Shown piece by piece: positions 48,943 to 58,994 of a stretch of 64,000 bases of DNA. How positions within the stretch are numbered: position 1 is the first letter of the stretch; each line of letters starts with the position of its first letter. Position numbers and translations under genes: made by a program. This stretch comes from an uncultured Gammaproteobacteria bacterium (GTDB taxonomy: Bacteria; Pseudomonadota; Gammaproteobacteria; Steroidobacterales; Steroidobacteraceae), in assembly GCA_963769815.1 (NCBI GenBank), contig CAVYNI010000004.1:268714-332713 (forward strand), read 5' to 3'. The notes under the pieces were generated by a model. That model searched no databases. It was not told where the DNA came from and saw nothing but the letters and a program-made list of their open reading frames with translations.

Positions 48943-49849
48943 ATGGCCATGAATCACGACGTCATCATCTCCTGCGCCGTCACCGGCGACGATACCAAGG
49001 TCACCAAGAGCCCGTACTGCGCCATTACCCCGGAGCAGATCGCGGCGACGGCGATCGAAGCCGCCCAGGCAGGCGCAGCCATCGTTCACATTCATGTGCG
49101 CAATCCGGAGACGGGCGCATTCAGCATGGAAACCAAGTACTACCGCGAGGTGGTCAAGCGCATTCGGGAAAGCAACGTCGATGTGCTGGTGAATCTCACG
49201 TGCGGCATGGGCGGGTACATCGTCATCGGCGAGCACGGCCTGAAAGATACGCCTGCGCCGGGCAGCGATTTCGTCACCCAGGAAGAGCGCATGCGGCACA
49301 TCATCGACCTGTGCCACGAGGGCAAGTACCGTCCCGACATCGCGACCCTCGACTGCGGAAGCTTGAACTTCGGCGACTCGCAACCGTGCGTACATTTCCA
49401 CGCCGAACTATCTGCGCCAGGGAACCGCGATCGCCCGCGACCTGAAGGTCAAGCCGGAGCTCGAGATATTCGACACCGGCAACTTGTGGTTCGTGAAGCA
49501 GATGATCAAGGAGGGCCTGCTCGATGCTCCCGCGCTGATTCAGCTCTGCATGGGCATCCCGTACGGCGTTCCCGCCGATGTGGGCCATTTGATCGCGATG
49601 GTCAACGAGCTGCCCGAGAACTGCAACTGGGGCAGCTTCGCCATCAGCCGCATGCAGATGCCCTGGGTCGCGCAATCGGTGCTCCTCGGCGGCAACGTGC
49701 GCGTCGGCCTCGAGGACAACCTGTATTTGAGCAAAGGCGTCTATGCGAGCAATGCCCAGCTGGTGCAGAAGGCCCGCACCATCGTCGAGGCCATGGGGGC
49801 GCGCATTCTCACCCCGGCGCAGGCCCGCGAGCGCCTGAAGCTTCATTGA
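48943..49849 (+). pseudogene. Beta-keto acid cleavage enzyme (BKACE/DUF849; 3-dehydrocarnitine-cleavage-type); frame break near 49381
   Basis: MAMNHDVIISCAVTGD...AAIVHIHVRNPETG...LDCGSLNFGDS / NRAYISTPNYLRQGTAIARDLKVKPELEIFDTGNLWFVKQ...NVRVGLEDNLYLSKG...RERLKLH stop. The second half lies in the frame of ORF 49484..49849. Confidence 0.8.
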
Positions 49850-49858
49850 GAAGATCCG

Positions 49859-50335
49859 GTGACCGCGCTGCCGCCCTATCGAGCGACCATCGAATCCGAT
49901 TGGATCGATTACAACGGCCATCTGCGGGATGCGTTTTATTGCGTGGTGATGAGCTACGCCATCGATGACGTCATGGAGCATCTCGGACTCGATGCCGCGT
50001 ACCGCGAGCGCACCCACTGCACGCTCTACACGGTCGAGCTGCACATGCATTACCTGCACGAGATCAAGGGCTCCGATGAGCTCTCCGTCGTGACCTCGAT
50101 CGTGAATGCGGACCGCAAGCGCATCCACGCGGCCTGCGATTTTCTGTGCCCTGGAATCGAGGGCCCCGCGGCAACGGCCGAGGTCATGCTGTTGCATGTG
50201 CATCAGGGCGAGAAACCGAGCGTCGTTTCCTTCCCGCCGGAGATCGCCGCACGCCTCGAGGCGTTGAGGCTCTCGCCCGAGACCCTCGAGAAGCGTGGAC
50301 CGGGCTCCCGCAAGATCGAGCTCAAGCCGCGATAG
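49859..50335 (+). CDS. Hotdog-fold (4HBT-type) thioesterase, betainyl-CoA-thioesterase-like
   Basis: 158 aa. IDYNGHLRDAFY motif. It lies immediately after the BKACE gene, as in carnitine catabolic operons. Confidence 0.75.
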   Translation: MTALPPYRATIESDWIDYNGHLRDAFYCVVMSYAIDDVMEHLGLDAAYRERTHCTLYTVELHMHYLHEIKGSDELSVVTSIVNADRKRIHAACDFLCPGIEGPAATAEVMLLHVHQGEKPSVVSFPPEIAARLEALRLSPETLEKRGPGSRKIELKPR

Positions 50336-50340
50336 ACACC

Positions 50341-52420
50341 ATGCCGTCTTATGATCTACGACGTTTGATCGCGCCGCGCAGCATCGCGCTCATCGGCGCG
50401 AGCGCCTGGACGGACGCCGTGGCGGTCGGCAATGCCGCCATCGGCTATCGCGGGCTGATATGGCGCGTGCATCCGACCCGCGCCTCGACGCCCGAGCGAC
50501 CGGTCTACCGCTCCGTCGCCGAGCTCCCGGGCTCCCCCGACGCCGCTTTCATAGCCGTCCCCAATCAGGAGGCGCCGGCGGTCGCCGCGGCGCTCGCCGC
50601 GCGGGATGCCGGAGGATTCGTCTGCTTCAGCTCGGGGTTCGGCGAGCTCGGCACGCCGCTTGGGCGAGAGCTCGCCCATGAGCTCGTGGTGCGATCCGGG
50701 AGCCTGCCCTTCTTCGGCCCGAACTGTTATGGCTTCGTGAACTTCTTCGACCAGGCGGCGATGCTGCCCGACCAGGTCGTCGGAGAGCCGCTCGAGCGCG
50801 GCGTTGCGCTGATCTGCCAGAGCGGCACCATCTCCCTCAGCTTGAGCTTCAACGAGCGCTCCGTGCCGATCGGCTATCTCTTCTCGGTGGGCAACCAGAG
50901 CCGCCTCGCCGTCGAGGATCTCATCGAGACCCTGTGCGACGATCCGCGCGTGACGGCGTTCGGCCTGTACCTCGAGGGAATCAAGGACGCGGAGCGGTTC
51001 GCCGCCGCGGCGGACAAAGCGCGGCGAGCCGGGAAGCCGATCGCCGTGATCAAGACCGGCCGCACCGCCGCCGCGGCGCGCACCGTTCACAGCCACACGG
51101 GCGCACTCGCCGGGGCCGACAGCGTGTTCGATGCGTTTTGCCGTCAAGCCGGGCTCGCGCGCTGCGATACCCTCGGCGGGCTGTGCGAGACGCTCAAGCT
51201 GTTCCACGCGGGCGGCGCGCTCGCGGGCCGCAAAGTGCTGATCATGGGCGCCTCGGGCGGCGACATGGCGATGACGGCGGACGTGGCGCGCACCGTCGAG
51301 CTCGATTTCGCACCGATTCCGCTCGAGCAGGCGCGCACGCTGCAAGCACTGCTTACCGAGCGCGTGACCGTCGCGAATCCGCTCGATATTCACACCTATT
51401 TGTGGTTCGACCCGCCGGCGCTCAAGCGCGTATTCACCACCGCGATGCGCTCAGGCTACGATGCCGTCGGCTTCATGCTCGACTTCCCGCCGGAAGGCAA
51501 GGCCGACGCCTCCTCCTTCGACGCCGCGATCGATGCCTACATCGAGGCCTCGCACGGCGCACCCTCGCGGGTTGCGCTGATCTCCTCGCTGCCGGAGACA
51601 TTGAGCGCGCGCGTGCGCAAGCATTGTCTCGCCGGCGGTGTCGTGCCGCTGCAGGGCCAGCGCGAGGCCTTGGAGGCGCTCGCCGCCGCGGCCGCCGTCG
51701 GCAGCGCGTGGCGCGCGGGTCCCGGCGTTCAGCTCGCCCTGCCGGGCGCCGCCGCAGCCGGCTTGCGGCACGGACGAGGGCCGCAGTCTGACCGAATCGG
51801 ACGCGAAGGCCGCGCTCGCCGCTTTCGGGGTCGCGGTGCCCCGCAGTCATCTGGTCGCACCGGCCGCCGCGGCAAGCTGCGCCGAGACCATGGGCTTCCC
51901 GGTGGTGATCAAGGCCGTCGGGGCGCATCTCGAGCACAAGACCGAAGTCGGCGGCGTCGCGCTCAATCTGCGCAGCGCCGCCGAGGCCGCCGCCGCCGCG
52001 CAGCGCCTGAGCGCACTGTCCGAAACCCTGCTGGTCGAGGAAATGATCGGCGACGGAGTCGCGGAGATTCTCGTCGGCCTCATCCGCGATCCGCAGTTCG
52101 GGCAAGTCCTCGTGCTCGGCGCCGGCGGCGTGCTCACCGAGCTGCTCGCCGACTCGGCGACCCTTCTGCCGCCCTTCACGCGCGATGCGATCCGCGGCGC
52201 ATTGCGGGGACTGAAAGTCGCGAAACTCCTCGACGGGTTTCGCGGCAAGCCGCGCGGCGATGTCGAGGCGCTGGTCGATGTCGTGGCCGCCATCGCGCGC
52301 TACGCGGCAGCGAACAGCGCAACGCTATTGGAGATTGACGTCAATCCCGTGATCGTGCGGGCCGCCGGGCGCGGTGCCGTCGCGGTCGATGCGCTGATCC
52401 GTCTCAAACAACCCGGTTAA
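50341..52420 (+). pseudogene. ADP-forming acyl-CoA synthetase-like protein (CoA-binding + ligase-CoA + ATP-grasp domains); frame break near 51760
   Basis: MPSYDLRRLIAPRSIALIGAS..., FGPNCYGF and SHTGALAG lie in ORF 50146..52338. The ATP-grasp part (SLTESDAKAALAAFGVAVPRS...GFPVVIKAVGAHLEHKTEVGGVALNL...LEIDVNPVIV) lies in the frame of ORF 51638..52420. Confidence 0.75.
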
Positions 52421-52438
52421 CACCAGAAGAGGTCCGCC

Positions 52439-53215
52439 ATGTCCGATGGAGTCAAGACCGTCAAAGACGGCAGCATTCTCGAAGTCACGATCGACCGGCC
52501 CAAGGCGAACGCGATCGATCTTGCCACCAGCCGGCGGCTGAACGAGGTATTCGTCAATTTTCGCGACGACAAGTCCCTGCGCATCGCCATCATCACCGGT
52601 GCCGGCGAGAAGTTCTTCTCTCCCGGCTGGGATCTGAAGGCGGCAGCGGGCGGCGAGAAATCGGACGAGGATTGGGGCGTGAGTGGTTTCGGGGGGCTCA
52701 ACTATCCGCGCAACCTCAACAAACCCATCATTGCCGCCGTCAACGGCATCGCCTGCGGCGGCGGGTTCGAGGTCGTGCTCGGCACGGACATCATCGTGAT
52801 GGAAGAGCACGCGAAGTTCGCGCTGCCGGAAATCAATGTCGGGGTGCTCGCCGATGCCGGCACCATCAAGCTGCGCAGACGCATTCCCTACCATGTCGCG
52901 CTGGAATTCTTGCTGACCGGGCGCTGGATGGACGCCGCGGAGGCCAAGCATTGGGGGCTCGCCAACCACGTGGTGCCCAAGGGACAAAGCCTTGCCAAAG
53001 CCCGCGAAATCGCGCATCAGCTCGCCGAAGGTCCGCCGCTGCTGTTTCCGGCGATCAAGCAGCTTCTGCGTCACACCGAGATGGTCCCCGAGCACGAGGC
53101 CTTCGAGTTGCACGACTCGCTCGACATCGTCCAGCAGGTCATCCGGTCGGAGGATCTCATCGAGGGCACGCGCGCATTCACGGAGAAGCGCAAGCCGCGC
53201 TGGACCGGCCGCTGA
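52439..53215 (+). CDS. caiD: Carnitinyl-CoA dehydratase / crotonobetainyl-CoA hydratase (crotonase family)
   Basis: 258 aa. By eye it aligns closely with E. coli CaiD as I recall it (GSILEVTIDRPKANAID, RIAIITGAGEKFFSPGWDLKAAA, KPIIAAVNG, EDLIEGTRAFTEKRKPRWTGR). Confidence 0.88.
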   Translation: MSDGVKTVKDGSILEVTIDRPKANAIDLATSRRLNEVFVNFRDDKSLRIAIITGAGEKFFSPGWDLKAAAGGEKSDEDWGVSGFGGLNYPRNLNKPIIAAVNGIACGGGFEVVLGTDIIVMEEHAKFALPEINVGVLADAGTIKLRRRIPYHVALEFLLTGRWMDAAEAKHWGLANHVVPKGQSLAKAREIAHQLAEGPPLLFPAIKQLLRHTEMVPEHEAFELHDSLDIVQQVIRSEDLIEGTRAFTEKRKPRWTGR

Positions 53216-53310
53216 TTCCAGGGGTCGCTGATTCGAGGGCACACTGCTCGCCGCCGATATTTCTGGCGCACTCTAGCCATGCGCGGCATTTGCGTCCATG
53301 CTTCCGCTCA

Positions 53311-53721
53311 ATGGAAGTTTTGCTCGTTGAAGATAATTCTGAGGTAAGCCTGATAACCGTTGAATATCTAACGGAATTAGGCCACTCCGCCGTTGCGGTT
53401 CCGGCCGCGGAATCGGCGCTCGCACGCCTCGCCGAGCGCAATTTCGACGCCGTCATGACCGACGTCAGCCTGCCCGGGATGTCAGGTATCGACCTGGCCA
53501 AAGAGCTCTCCCGGCAATACCCGAACCTGCCGGTCGTGATTTCCTCCGGCTACGGTTCCGTGAAACTGGAGTTCGGCATGGGCCCTCGCCACCCCAATGT
53601 ATTCTTCCTGCCGAAGCCCTACGACTTGCCGATGCTCGAAAAGACGTTGAGCGACGCGGCCGCCTCTCGGGAATCCAGCGTCAGATCAGTCGAAGGGCCG
53701 GCGGCTCCTCCGCGGCTCTGA
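53311..53721 (+). CDS. Stand-alone response-regulator receiver domain protein (CheY-like)
   Basis: MEVLLVEDNSEV...FDAVMTDVSLPGMSG...PVVISSGY...LPKPY. There is no output domain and no kinase gene in the window. The first ~90 nt are conspicuously AT-rich. Confidence 0.8.
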   Translation: MEVLLVEDNSEVSLITVEYLTELGHSAVAVPAAESALARLAERNFDAVMTDVSLPGMSGIDLAKELSRQYPNLPVVISSGYGSVKLEFGMGPRHPNVFFLPKPYDLPMLEKTLSDAAASRESSVRSVEGPAAPPRL

Positions 53722-53977
53722 CCGCGGCACCCGGACAATGCGGGCAAGTATTCGGCACTGAGCCGATGGTCTCGCTCAACAGATCCGTGAGTGCGTGCGC
53801 ATCGTCGCGGAACTCATCGACGTAGGGCTTGTGCTGCCGCACCAGTTCCACCGCCAACGCGAAGGCGCTCGAGGGATCCACCTCGTCGTCGTAGAAAACC
53901 TCGTTATGCACCGGACAGGTCTGCAGCACGTGCGTCTGCAGCGCGATCTCAAACGCAATGGCTTGCTTGTGTTCCAT
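53681..53977 (-). CDS. Hypothetical protein (98 aa) with CPVH...CPHC motif
   Basis: ORF 53681..54025, trimmed to ATG 53977 (MEHKQAIAFEIALQTHVLQTCPVHNEVFYDDE...). Codon usage looks coding. Its 3' end overlaps the convergent receiver gene by 41 nt. Confidence 0.4.
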   Translation of the reverse strand: MEHKQAIAFEIALQTHVLQTCPVHNEVFYDDEVDPSSAFALAVELVRQHKPYVDEFRDDAHALTDLLSETIGSVPNTCPHCPGAAVRAAEEPPALRLI

Positions 53978-54030
53978 GACGCCGTTGCTCTCGGTGACCA
54001 CCCCTCTCGATGTACGCATACCCATGGCGC

Positions 54031-54273
54031 TCAGTGTCCGCGTGCGCGCTTCGCGACCGCCCGCCCGCGCTTGTTGGTTCTCCAGGTGCGCCCTCGGGCC
54101 GAGGGATCGCCCGGATGGTGCACGCTTTCCGTGAAAATCACCCGCAGCGCCCGATCCCAGGCCGCAGCTTGCGGCGCCGGATCCGGCGGGTCGTGAGGCG
54201 CCAGCGGCGGGCGTTCCGGACTCGGGGGCGGCGGGACGCCTTCCTGACCCCGTGGGACATGAATGCTGGACAT
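54031..54273 (-). CDS. Hypothetical Pro-rich protein with basic C-terminus (80 aa)
   Basis: The ATG at 54273 is preceded by a perfect AGGAGG 5 nt upstream (gcgcatcAGGAGGccgccATG). The product is MSSIHVPRGQEGVPPPPSPERPPLAPHDPPDPAP...RTNKRGRAVAKRARGH. Confidence 0.5.
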   Translation of the reverse strand: MSSIHVPRGQEGVPPPPSPERPPLAPHDPPDPAPQAAAWDRALRVIFTESVHHPGDPSARGRTWRTNKRGRAVAKRARGH

Positions 54274-54368
54274 GGCGGCCTCCTGATGCGCTGCAATTCG
54301 CGGCGTCATTATGGGAGAGCCTCCGGGCGGCGTGGATCGGTTCAGGGCCTCGCCGGCTGTAGGAAAAG

Positions 54369-55070
54369 TCAGACGCCCAGGCGACTCGTCACGGGTGGAA
54401 ACGCCGCACCTTGAACCTGCGCGCGCCGCTCGCGCACGCAGTCGAGGATGTGATGCTCGATCGCCGCATCGAGCAACTCGATCGAATCCGATTCGAGCAT
54501 GACCCGCAATCGCTCGTGCTCGGCAATCCAGGCGTCGAACGCGACCTCGGTCTCCTGCTCTCTCATGAGGAAAACCAGCAAGCCGCGGGACAGGAGCCGC
54601 CAGGTGGGCTTGAGCACGGGACTTTCCGCAAGGGCAATGATGCGATCGTGAAACCAAAGATCCGCCTGGCAAAGCGCCAGTCGATCACCCAATTCAGCCG
54701 CTCGGCGCATGGCGTCGATGGCCTCGCAGAGCTGGCTTGCAATGTGCGTCTTCGGGGTCCGCCGCTCGACGATGCGACGCAAAGCAATGCGCTCCACGGC
54801 GAGGCGCATCTCCTGGACTTCCAGCATCTCATCGGAGGTGTACTCGGTGACGTACGTGCCGCGATTGGGCTCCGTGCGCACGACCCCTTGGGCCTGCAGC
54901 AGCCGCAACGCCTCCCGCACGGGAATGCGGCTGACGCCTTTCATCTCGCAGATCTTTTTCTCGAAGATGCGCTGGCCGGGCTCGAGCTCGCCCGTCGCGA
55001 TCATGATGACCAGCTGGTCCGCCAGCTGATCCGGCAGGTTCCGGGCGTCCAATGCTGCCTGTCCGTGCAC
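54369..55070 (-). CDS. GntR-family transcriptional regulator (FadR/FCD subfamily)
   Basis: 233 aa. wHTH in EKKICEMKGVSRIPVREALRLLQAQGVVRTEPNRGTYV, followed by an all-helical FCD-like domain. GTG start. Confidence 0.85.
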   Translation of the reverse strand: MHGQAALDARNLPDQLADQLVIMIATGELEPGQRIFEKKICEMKGVSRIPVREALRLLQAQGVVRTEPNRGTYVTEYTSDEMLEVQEMRLAVERIALRRIVERRTPKTHIASQLCEAIDAMRRAAELGDRLALCQADLWFHDRIIALAESPVLKPTWRLLSRGLLVFLMREQETEVAFDAWIAEHERLRVMLESDSIELLDAAIEHHILDCVRERRAQVQGAAFPPVTSRLGV

Positions 55071-55143
55071 GCGCTACCCCGCTCCATCGGTCCCAAGCGC
55101 AACATCATACGCGATTCGCGCAAAGGCGGCACGGCGCGGCAAT

Positions 55144-57342
55144 TTAGGACATTACTTTATCGAGCGTGATCGGCAAATCCCTCACCCTTACGCCGGTCGC
55201 GTGGTACACGGCATTCGCGATGGCCGCGCCGACTCCGGTAATGCCGATCTCACCGATGCCGCGGGCACCGAGCGGGTCGATATGCGGATCCGCCTCGCCG
55301 ATCACGTCGACGTCGATCAGACCGATGTCCGCATTCGTGGGCACGTGATACTCCGCCAGGTTGGCGTTCAGGATGCGCCCGGTGCGCTCATCGAGGACCG
55401 ATTCCTCCATGAGGGCGAGCCCCACGCCCATGACCACGCCCCCCATGAGCTGACTGCGCCCGGTCTTCGCATTCAAGAGCCGGCCGATATCGTACCGCGC
55501 GACGATTCTCGGAACGCGGATGACGCCAAGATCCCGATCGATGCGCACTTCCGCGAACACCGCGCCGAAAGAATGCATCGAGAACTGCTTTTTCTCATCC
55601 CCGGGCTTGGCGGTCACCTGGGCTTCCAGATCGCCACCGCCGCTGCGGGCGAGCGCCGCCTCCACCGGCTCGCGACGTCCGCGACCGCGTCGCCCGATCG
55701 CCCCGTCCTCGATGAGCACCTCCTCGATCGGCGCTTGGAAGACAGGCGAGGACTCATCGCGGACGGCGAGCTGTATCAGCTGCGAACGCAGCTCCTCGAC
55801 CGCGGCCTGCACGGCCGGCGCCACGCTCGCCGCGCTCTGCGAGCCCCCGGAAACGGGTGCCTGCGGAAACTGGCTGTCGCCCAGCTCGAAGCGAACGCGG
55901 TTCAAGGGGAAGCCCATGGTCTGGGCCGCGACCTGCGTCATGATGGTGTAAGTGCCGGTGCCGAGATCCTGGGTGCCGCTTTGCACGGTGAGCACGCCGT
56001 CGCGGGAAAGCCGCGCGCGGGCCGTCGCGGCGGAGCGATTTGCCGGATAGGTCGCGCTCGCCATGCCGAGCCCGATCCACTCCCGGCCGCGGCGCATCGA
56101 ACGCGGTTCGGCCGAGCGCGCGGTCCAGTTGAAGGCCTTGGCGGCGCTGTCGTAGCACGCCAGCACGTGCCGCGAAGACCACGGAATCCGCTTGTCTTCG
56201 TCGATGCGCGGCTCATTCCGGCGCCGCAGCTCCACCGGATCGATTTTCAGCCGGTACGCGAGCTCATCGATGGCCGATTCCAGGGCGAAGGTACCGGTGG
56301 CCTCGCCCGGGGCGCGCTGGAATGTCGGTGTGCCGACCGAGAGCTGCACCAGCCGGTGCGAGGTCTTGACGTTCGCGCAGCTGTACTGCATCCGGGTCTG
56401 CAACGCCGAGGGCTCGGTGAAGTCCTCGAACAGGGAGGTGTGCGAGAACACGGCATGCTCGATCCCGGAGAGATGGGCATCCCGATCCGCCGAAATCGAC
56501 AGGTGCTGCTCGGTGCGGGGGCGTCCGCCGACCGGGCCGAACATCTGCGGTCGTTCGAGCGTCAGCTTGACCGGACGTCCGACTTGACGTGCCGCCATCG
56601 CGGCGAGGACGACATGCGACCACACCGAGCCTTTGCAGCCGAATCCCCCGCCGACGAAAGGACATATTACGCGCACGTTCTCCTTGGGAATGCCCAAGGT
56701 CTTGGCGACCGTGCTCTGGCAGCCGCTGATGTATTGGGTGGCATCGTACAAGGTGAGCTGATCGCCCTGCCACTTGGCGAGGGTCGCATGCGGCTCCATC
56801 GGATTGTGGTGCTCCATGGGCGTCGTATAGACCGCCTTCATCTGCGCAAAGGATTGCGCTGGCAAGCTGCCGCGCTCGCTATCGGTCGGCTCTTGATTCG
56901 CTTTCTCGGGTGCATGTGCCGCAGAGCGTGCCGACTCGAAATTCAGCGGCGCGGCTTGCTCCAAGTAACTCGCGACGATGCGGGCGGCGGCATCGGTGGC
57001 TTGATCGAGCGTTTCCGCTACGACCACGGCAATCGGCTGGCGGTTGTAATGCACCACATCGTCCTGGAGCAACGACAGCACGCGCCCCGCCGGCGGGTTC
57101 ACACCGGCGCGTCCCCCATCCGGCAACTTCGCCGCATTGAGATGTGTCAATACGGCGAGGACCCCCGGCATGCGCTCGGCGCGCGCGCTTTCGATGCGCT
57201 GGATGCGGCCGCTCGGGATTGTGGACAGCACCATCACGGCGTGCGCGAGGCGCGGCACCGTGAAGTCGCCGCTGTAGGACGCCTGGCCCGTGACTTTGAG
57301 CACGCCGTCGACCCGATCGATTCCCGCACCGATGAATTCCAT
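55144..57342 (-). CDS. Molybdopterin-binding large subunit of a xanthine-dehydrogenase-family aldehyde oxidoreductase (PaoC-like)
   Basis: ATG 57342 with GGGAGG 6 nt upstream. MEFIGAGIDRVDGVLKVTGQASYSGDF... 732 aa. It is the last gene of a three-subunit operon. Confidence 0.85.
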   Translation of the reverse strand: MEFIGAGIDRVDGVLKVTGQASYSGDFTVPRLAHAVMVLSTIPSGRIQRIESARAERMPGVLAVLTHLNAAKLPDGGRAGVNPPAGRVLSLLQDDVVHYNRQPIAVVVAETLDQATDAAARIVASYLEQAAPLNFESARSAAHAPEKANQEPTDSERGSLPAQSFAQMKAVYTTPMEHHNPMEPHATLAKWQGDQLTLYDATQYISGCQSTVAKTLGIPKENVRVICPFVGGGFGCKGSVWSHVVLAAMAARQVGRPVKLTLERPQMFGPVGGRPRTEQHLSISADRDAHLSGIEHAVFSHTSLFEDFTEPSALQTRMQYSCANVKTSHRLVQLSVGTPTFQRAPGEATGTFALESAIDELAYRLKIDPVELRRRNEPRIDEDKRIPWSSRHVLACYDSAAKAFNWTARSAEPRSMRRGREWIGLGMASATYPANRSAATARARLSRDGVLTVQSGTQDLGTGTYTIMTQVAAQTMGFPLNRVRFELGDSQFPQAPVSGGSQSAASVAPAVQAAVEELRSQLIQLAVRDESSPVFQAPIEEVLIEDGAIGRRGRGRREPVEAALARSGGGDLEAQVTAKPGDEKKQFSMHSFGAVFAEVRIDRDLGVIRVPRIVARYDIGRLLNAKTGRSQLMGGVVMGVGLALMEESVLDERTGRILNANLAEYHVPTNADIGLIDVDVIGEADPHIDPLGARGIGEIGITGVGAAIANAVYHATGVRVRDLPITLDKVMS

Positions 57343-57343
57343 G

Positions 57344-58354
57344 TCAGCCTCCCGTGCGCGCACCGCTCGCAGGCTGCGCGGCCTCGTCGAGCGCACGCAC
57401 GATGGCACGGCGGGCGAGCTCGATCTTGAATTCGTTGTAGCGATACCCTTTCGCGCCGCTGAGCGCGCTCTGCGCGAGGGCATCCGCAGCCTTCGAGTCG
57501 TAGCGCATGCCGCTCAAGTGCTGCTGCGCCTCCTCGACGATCCAGGGCTTGTGCGCTACGCCGCCGAGGACGAGACGAACGTCCTTGACGAGCTCGTTCT
57601 CGAAACTCATCGCCGCCGCCACCGATACCAGGGCGAAGGCGTAGCTCGCACGATCCCGCACCTTGAGATAATGCGAATGCGACGCGAACCCGTTCGGCGG
57701 CAGATCAATGGCGAGGACGATTTCGCCGGCCGCCAGGTTTGTATCCTGCTGCGGCGTATCGCCCGGCAAGCGGTGAAATTCAGCGAGCGCGAGCTGCCGG
57801 GCGCCGCGCGCCGATCGCAGCTGCACGACCGCATCGAGGGCGGCGAGCGCGACCGACATGTCGGAGGGGTTGACGGCGATGCAGCGCTCACTCGCCCCGA
57901 GGATGGCGTGCTGCCGGTTGAAGCCATTGAGCGCCGCGCAGCCCGATCCAGGGTCGCGCTTGTTGCATTCGCTAAACCCGGTGTCGTAAAAGAACGAGCA
58001 TCGCGTTCGCTGCAATAGGTTGCCGCCGGCCGTCGCCATATTCCGCAGCTGCGGGGAGGCTCCGGACAGGAGCGCCTGCGACAGCAACGGATAGCGCTGT
58101 CGAATCAGCGGGTGAATGGCCGTATCGGCATTCGATGCCAACGCGCCGATACGCACGCCGCCTTGCGGCAGCTCCTGAATCGCTGCAAGCCCACCGAGTT
58201 GTGTGATGTCGATGAGGCGGGTTGGAGACTCGACGCCCCCTTTCATGAGATCGACGAGATTTGTGCCTCCGGCGATCAGGCTCGCGCCGGGCTGGCCGAT
58301 CAGGTGCAGCGCCGCGTCCAGATCGCGCGGCCGCGCATAGCCGAAGTTATGCAC
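57344..58354 (-). CDS. FAD-binding medium subunit (PaoB/CoxM-like)
   Basis: GTG 58354 overlaps the small-subunit stop (GTGCATAA). HNFGYARPRDLDAALHLIGQPGASLIAGGTNLVDLMK and ATAGGNLLQRTRC. Confidence 0.85.
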   Translation of the reverse strand: MHNFGYARPRDLDAALHLIGQPGASLIAGGTNLVDLMKGGVESPTRLIDITQLGGLAAIQELPQGGVRIGALASNADTAIHPLIRQRYPLLSQALLSGASPQLRNMATAGGNLLQRTRCSFFYDTGFSECNKRDPGSGCAALNGFNRQHAILGASERCIAVNPSDMSVALAALDAVVQLRSARGARQLALAEFHRLPGDTPQQDTNLAAGEIVLAIDLPPNGFASHSHYLKVRDRASYAFALVSVAAAMSFENELVKDVRLVLGGVAHKPWIVEEAQQHLSGMRYDSKAADALAQSALSGAKGYRYNEFKIELARRAIVRALDEAAQPASGARTGG

Positions 58355-58994
58355 CCTCGAGCACCTCGCGCACGCACGCAACGATGTTCGGGTAGGCCCC
58401 GCACCGGCATATGTTGCCGCTCATGCGCTCGCGGATCTCATCGTCGGTCAGTTGCGCGCTCGAGCCACCCGCGTCTCGGTGCTCCTGCACCAGCGCGACT
58501 GCCGAGCAGATCTGCCCCGGAGTGCAATATCCGCATTGAAACCCATCATGGTGCAGAAACGCGGCCTGCATGGGATGCAGAGCCCCGTCGGCGGACGTCA
58601 ACCCTTCGATGGTCGTGATCTCGTCATCGACATGCATGATCGCGAGCGCAAGGCAGGCGTTGATGCGGCGGCCGTTCACGAGCACGGTACATGCGCCGCA
58701 TTGGCCCCGATCACAGCCCTTCTTGGTCCCCGCCAGCGACAGATGCTCGCGCAAGGCGTCGAGCAGCGTGAGTCGCGGTTCGACCGTGAGCTCGTGCACC
58801 TGCTTGTTGACCCGCAGGGTGATGCCGACCGCGGCGGGTACCGGCGGCTCGGCGGGCCGGGGGTCGCGCGCTACCGCCGCGGCCGCAGTTCCGGCGCCGA
58901 GCGCCGGCAGCGTGGCCACTCCGGCGGCGGTGGCCGCGGACTGCAGGAAATGCCGCCGGCTGACCCGGGTCGGCGCTGATTTGATCGGGTCCAT
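58347..58994 (-). CDS. [2Fe-2S]-binding small subunit with twin-arginine signal (PaoA-like)
   Basis: MDPIKSAPTRVSRRHFLQSAATAAGVATLPALG (Tat motif SRRHFL). It also has GCDRGQCGACTV and CGYCTPGQ...CRCGAY. Confidence 0.85.
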   Translation of the reverse strand: MDPIKSAPTRVSRRHFLQSAATAAGVATLPALGAGTAAAAVARDPRPAEPPVPAAVGITLRVNKQVHELTVEPRLTLLDALREHLSLAGTKKGCDRGQCGACTVLVNGRRINACLALAIMHVDDEITTIEGLTSADGALHPMQAAFLHHDGFQCGYCTPGQICSAVALVQEHRDAGGSSAQLTDDEIRERMSGNICRCGAYPNIVACVREVLEGA

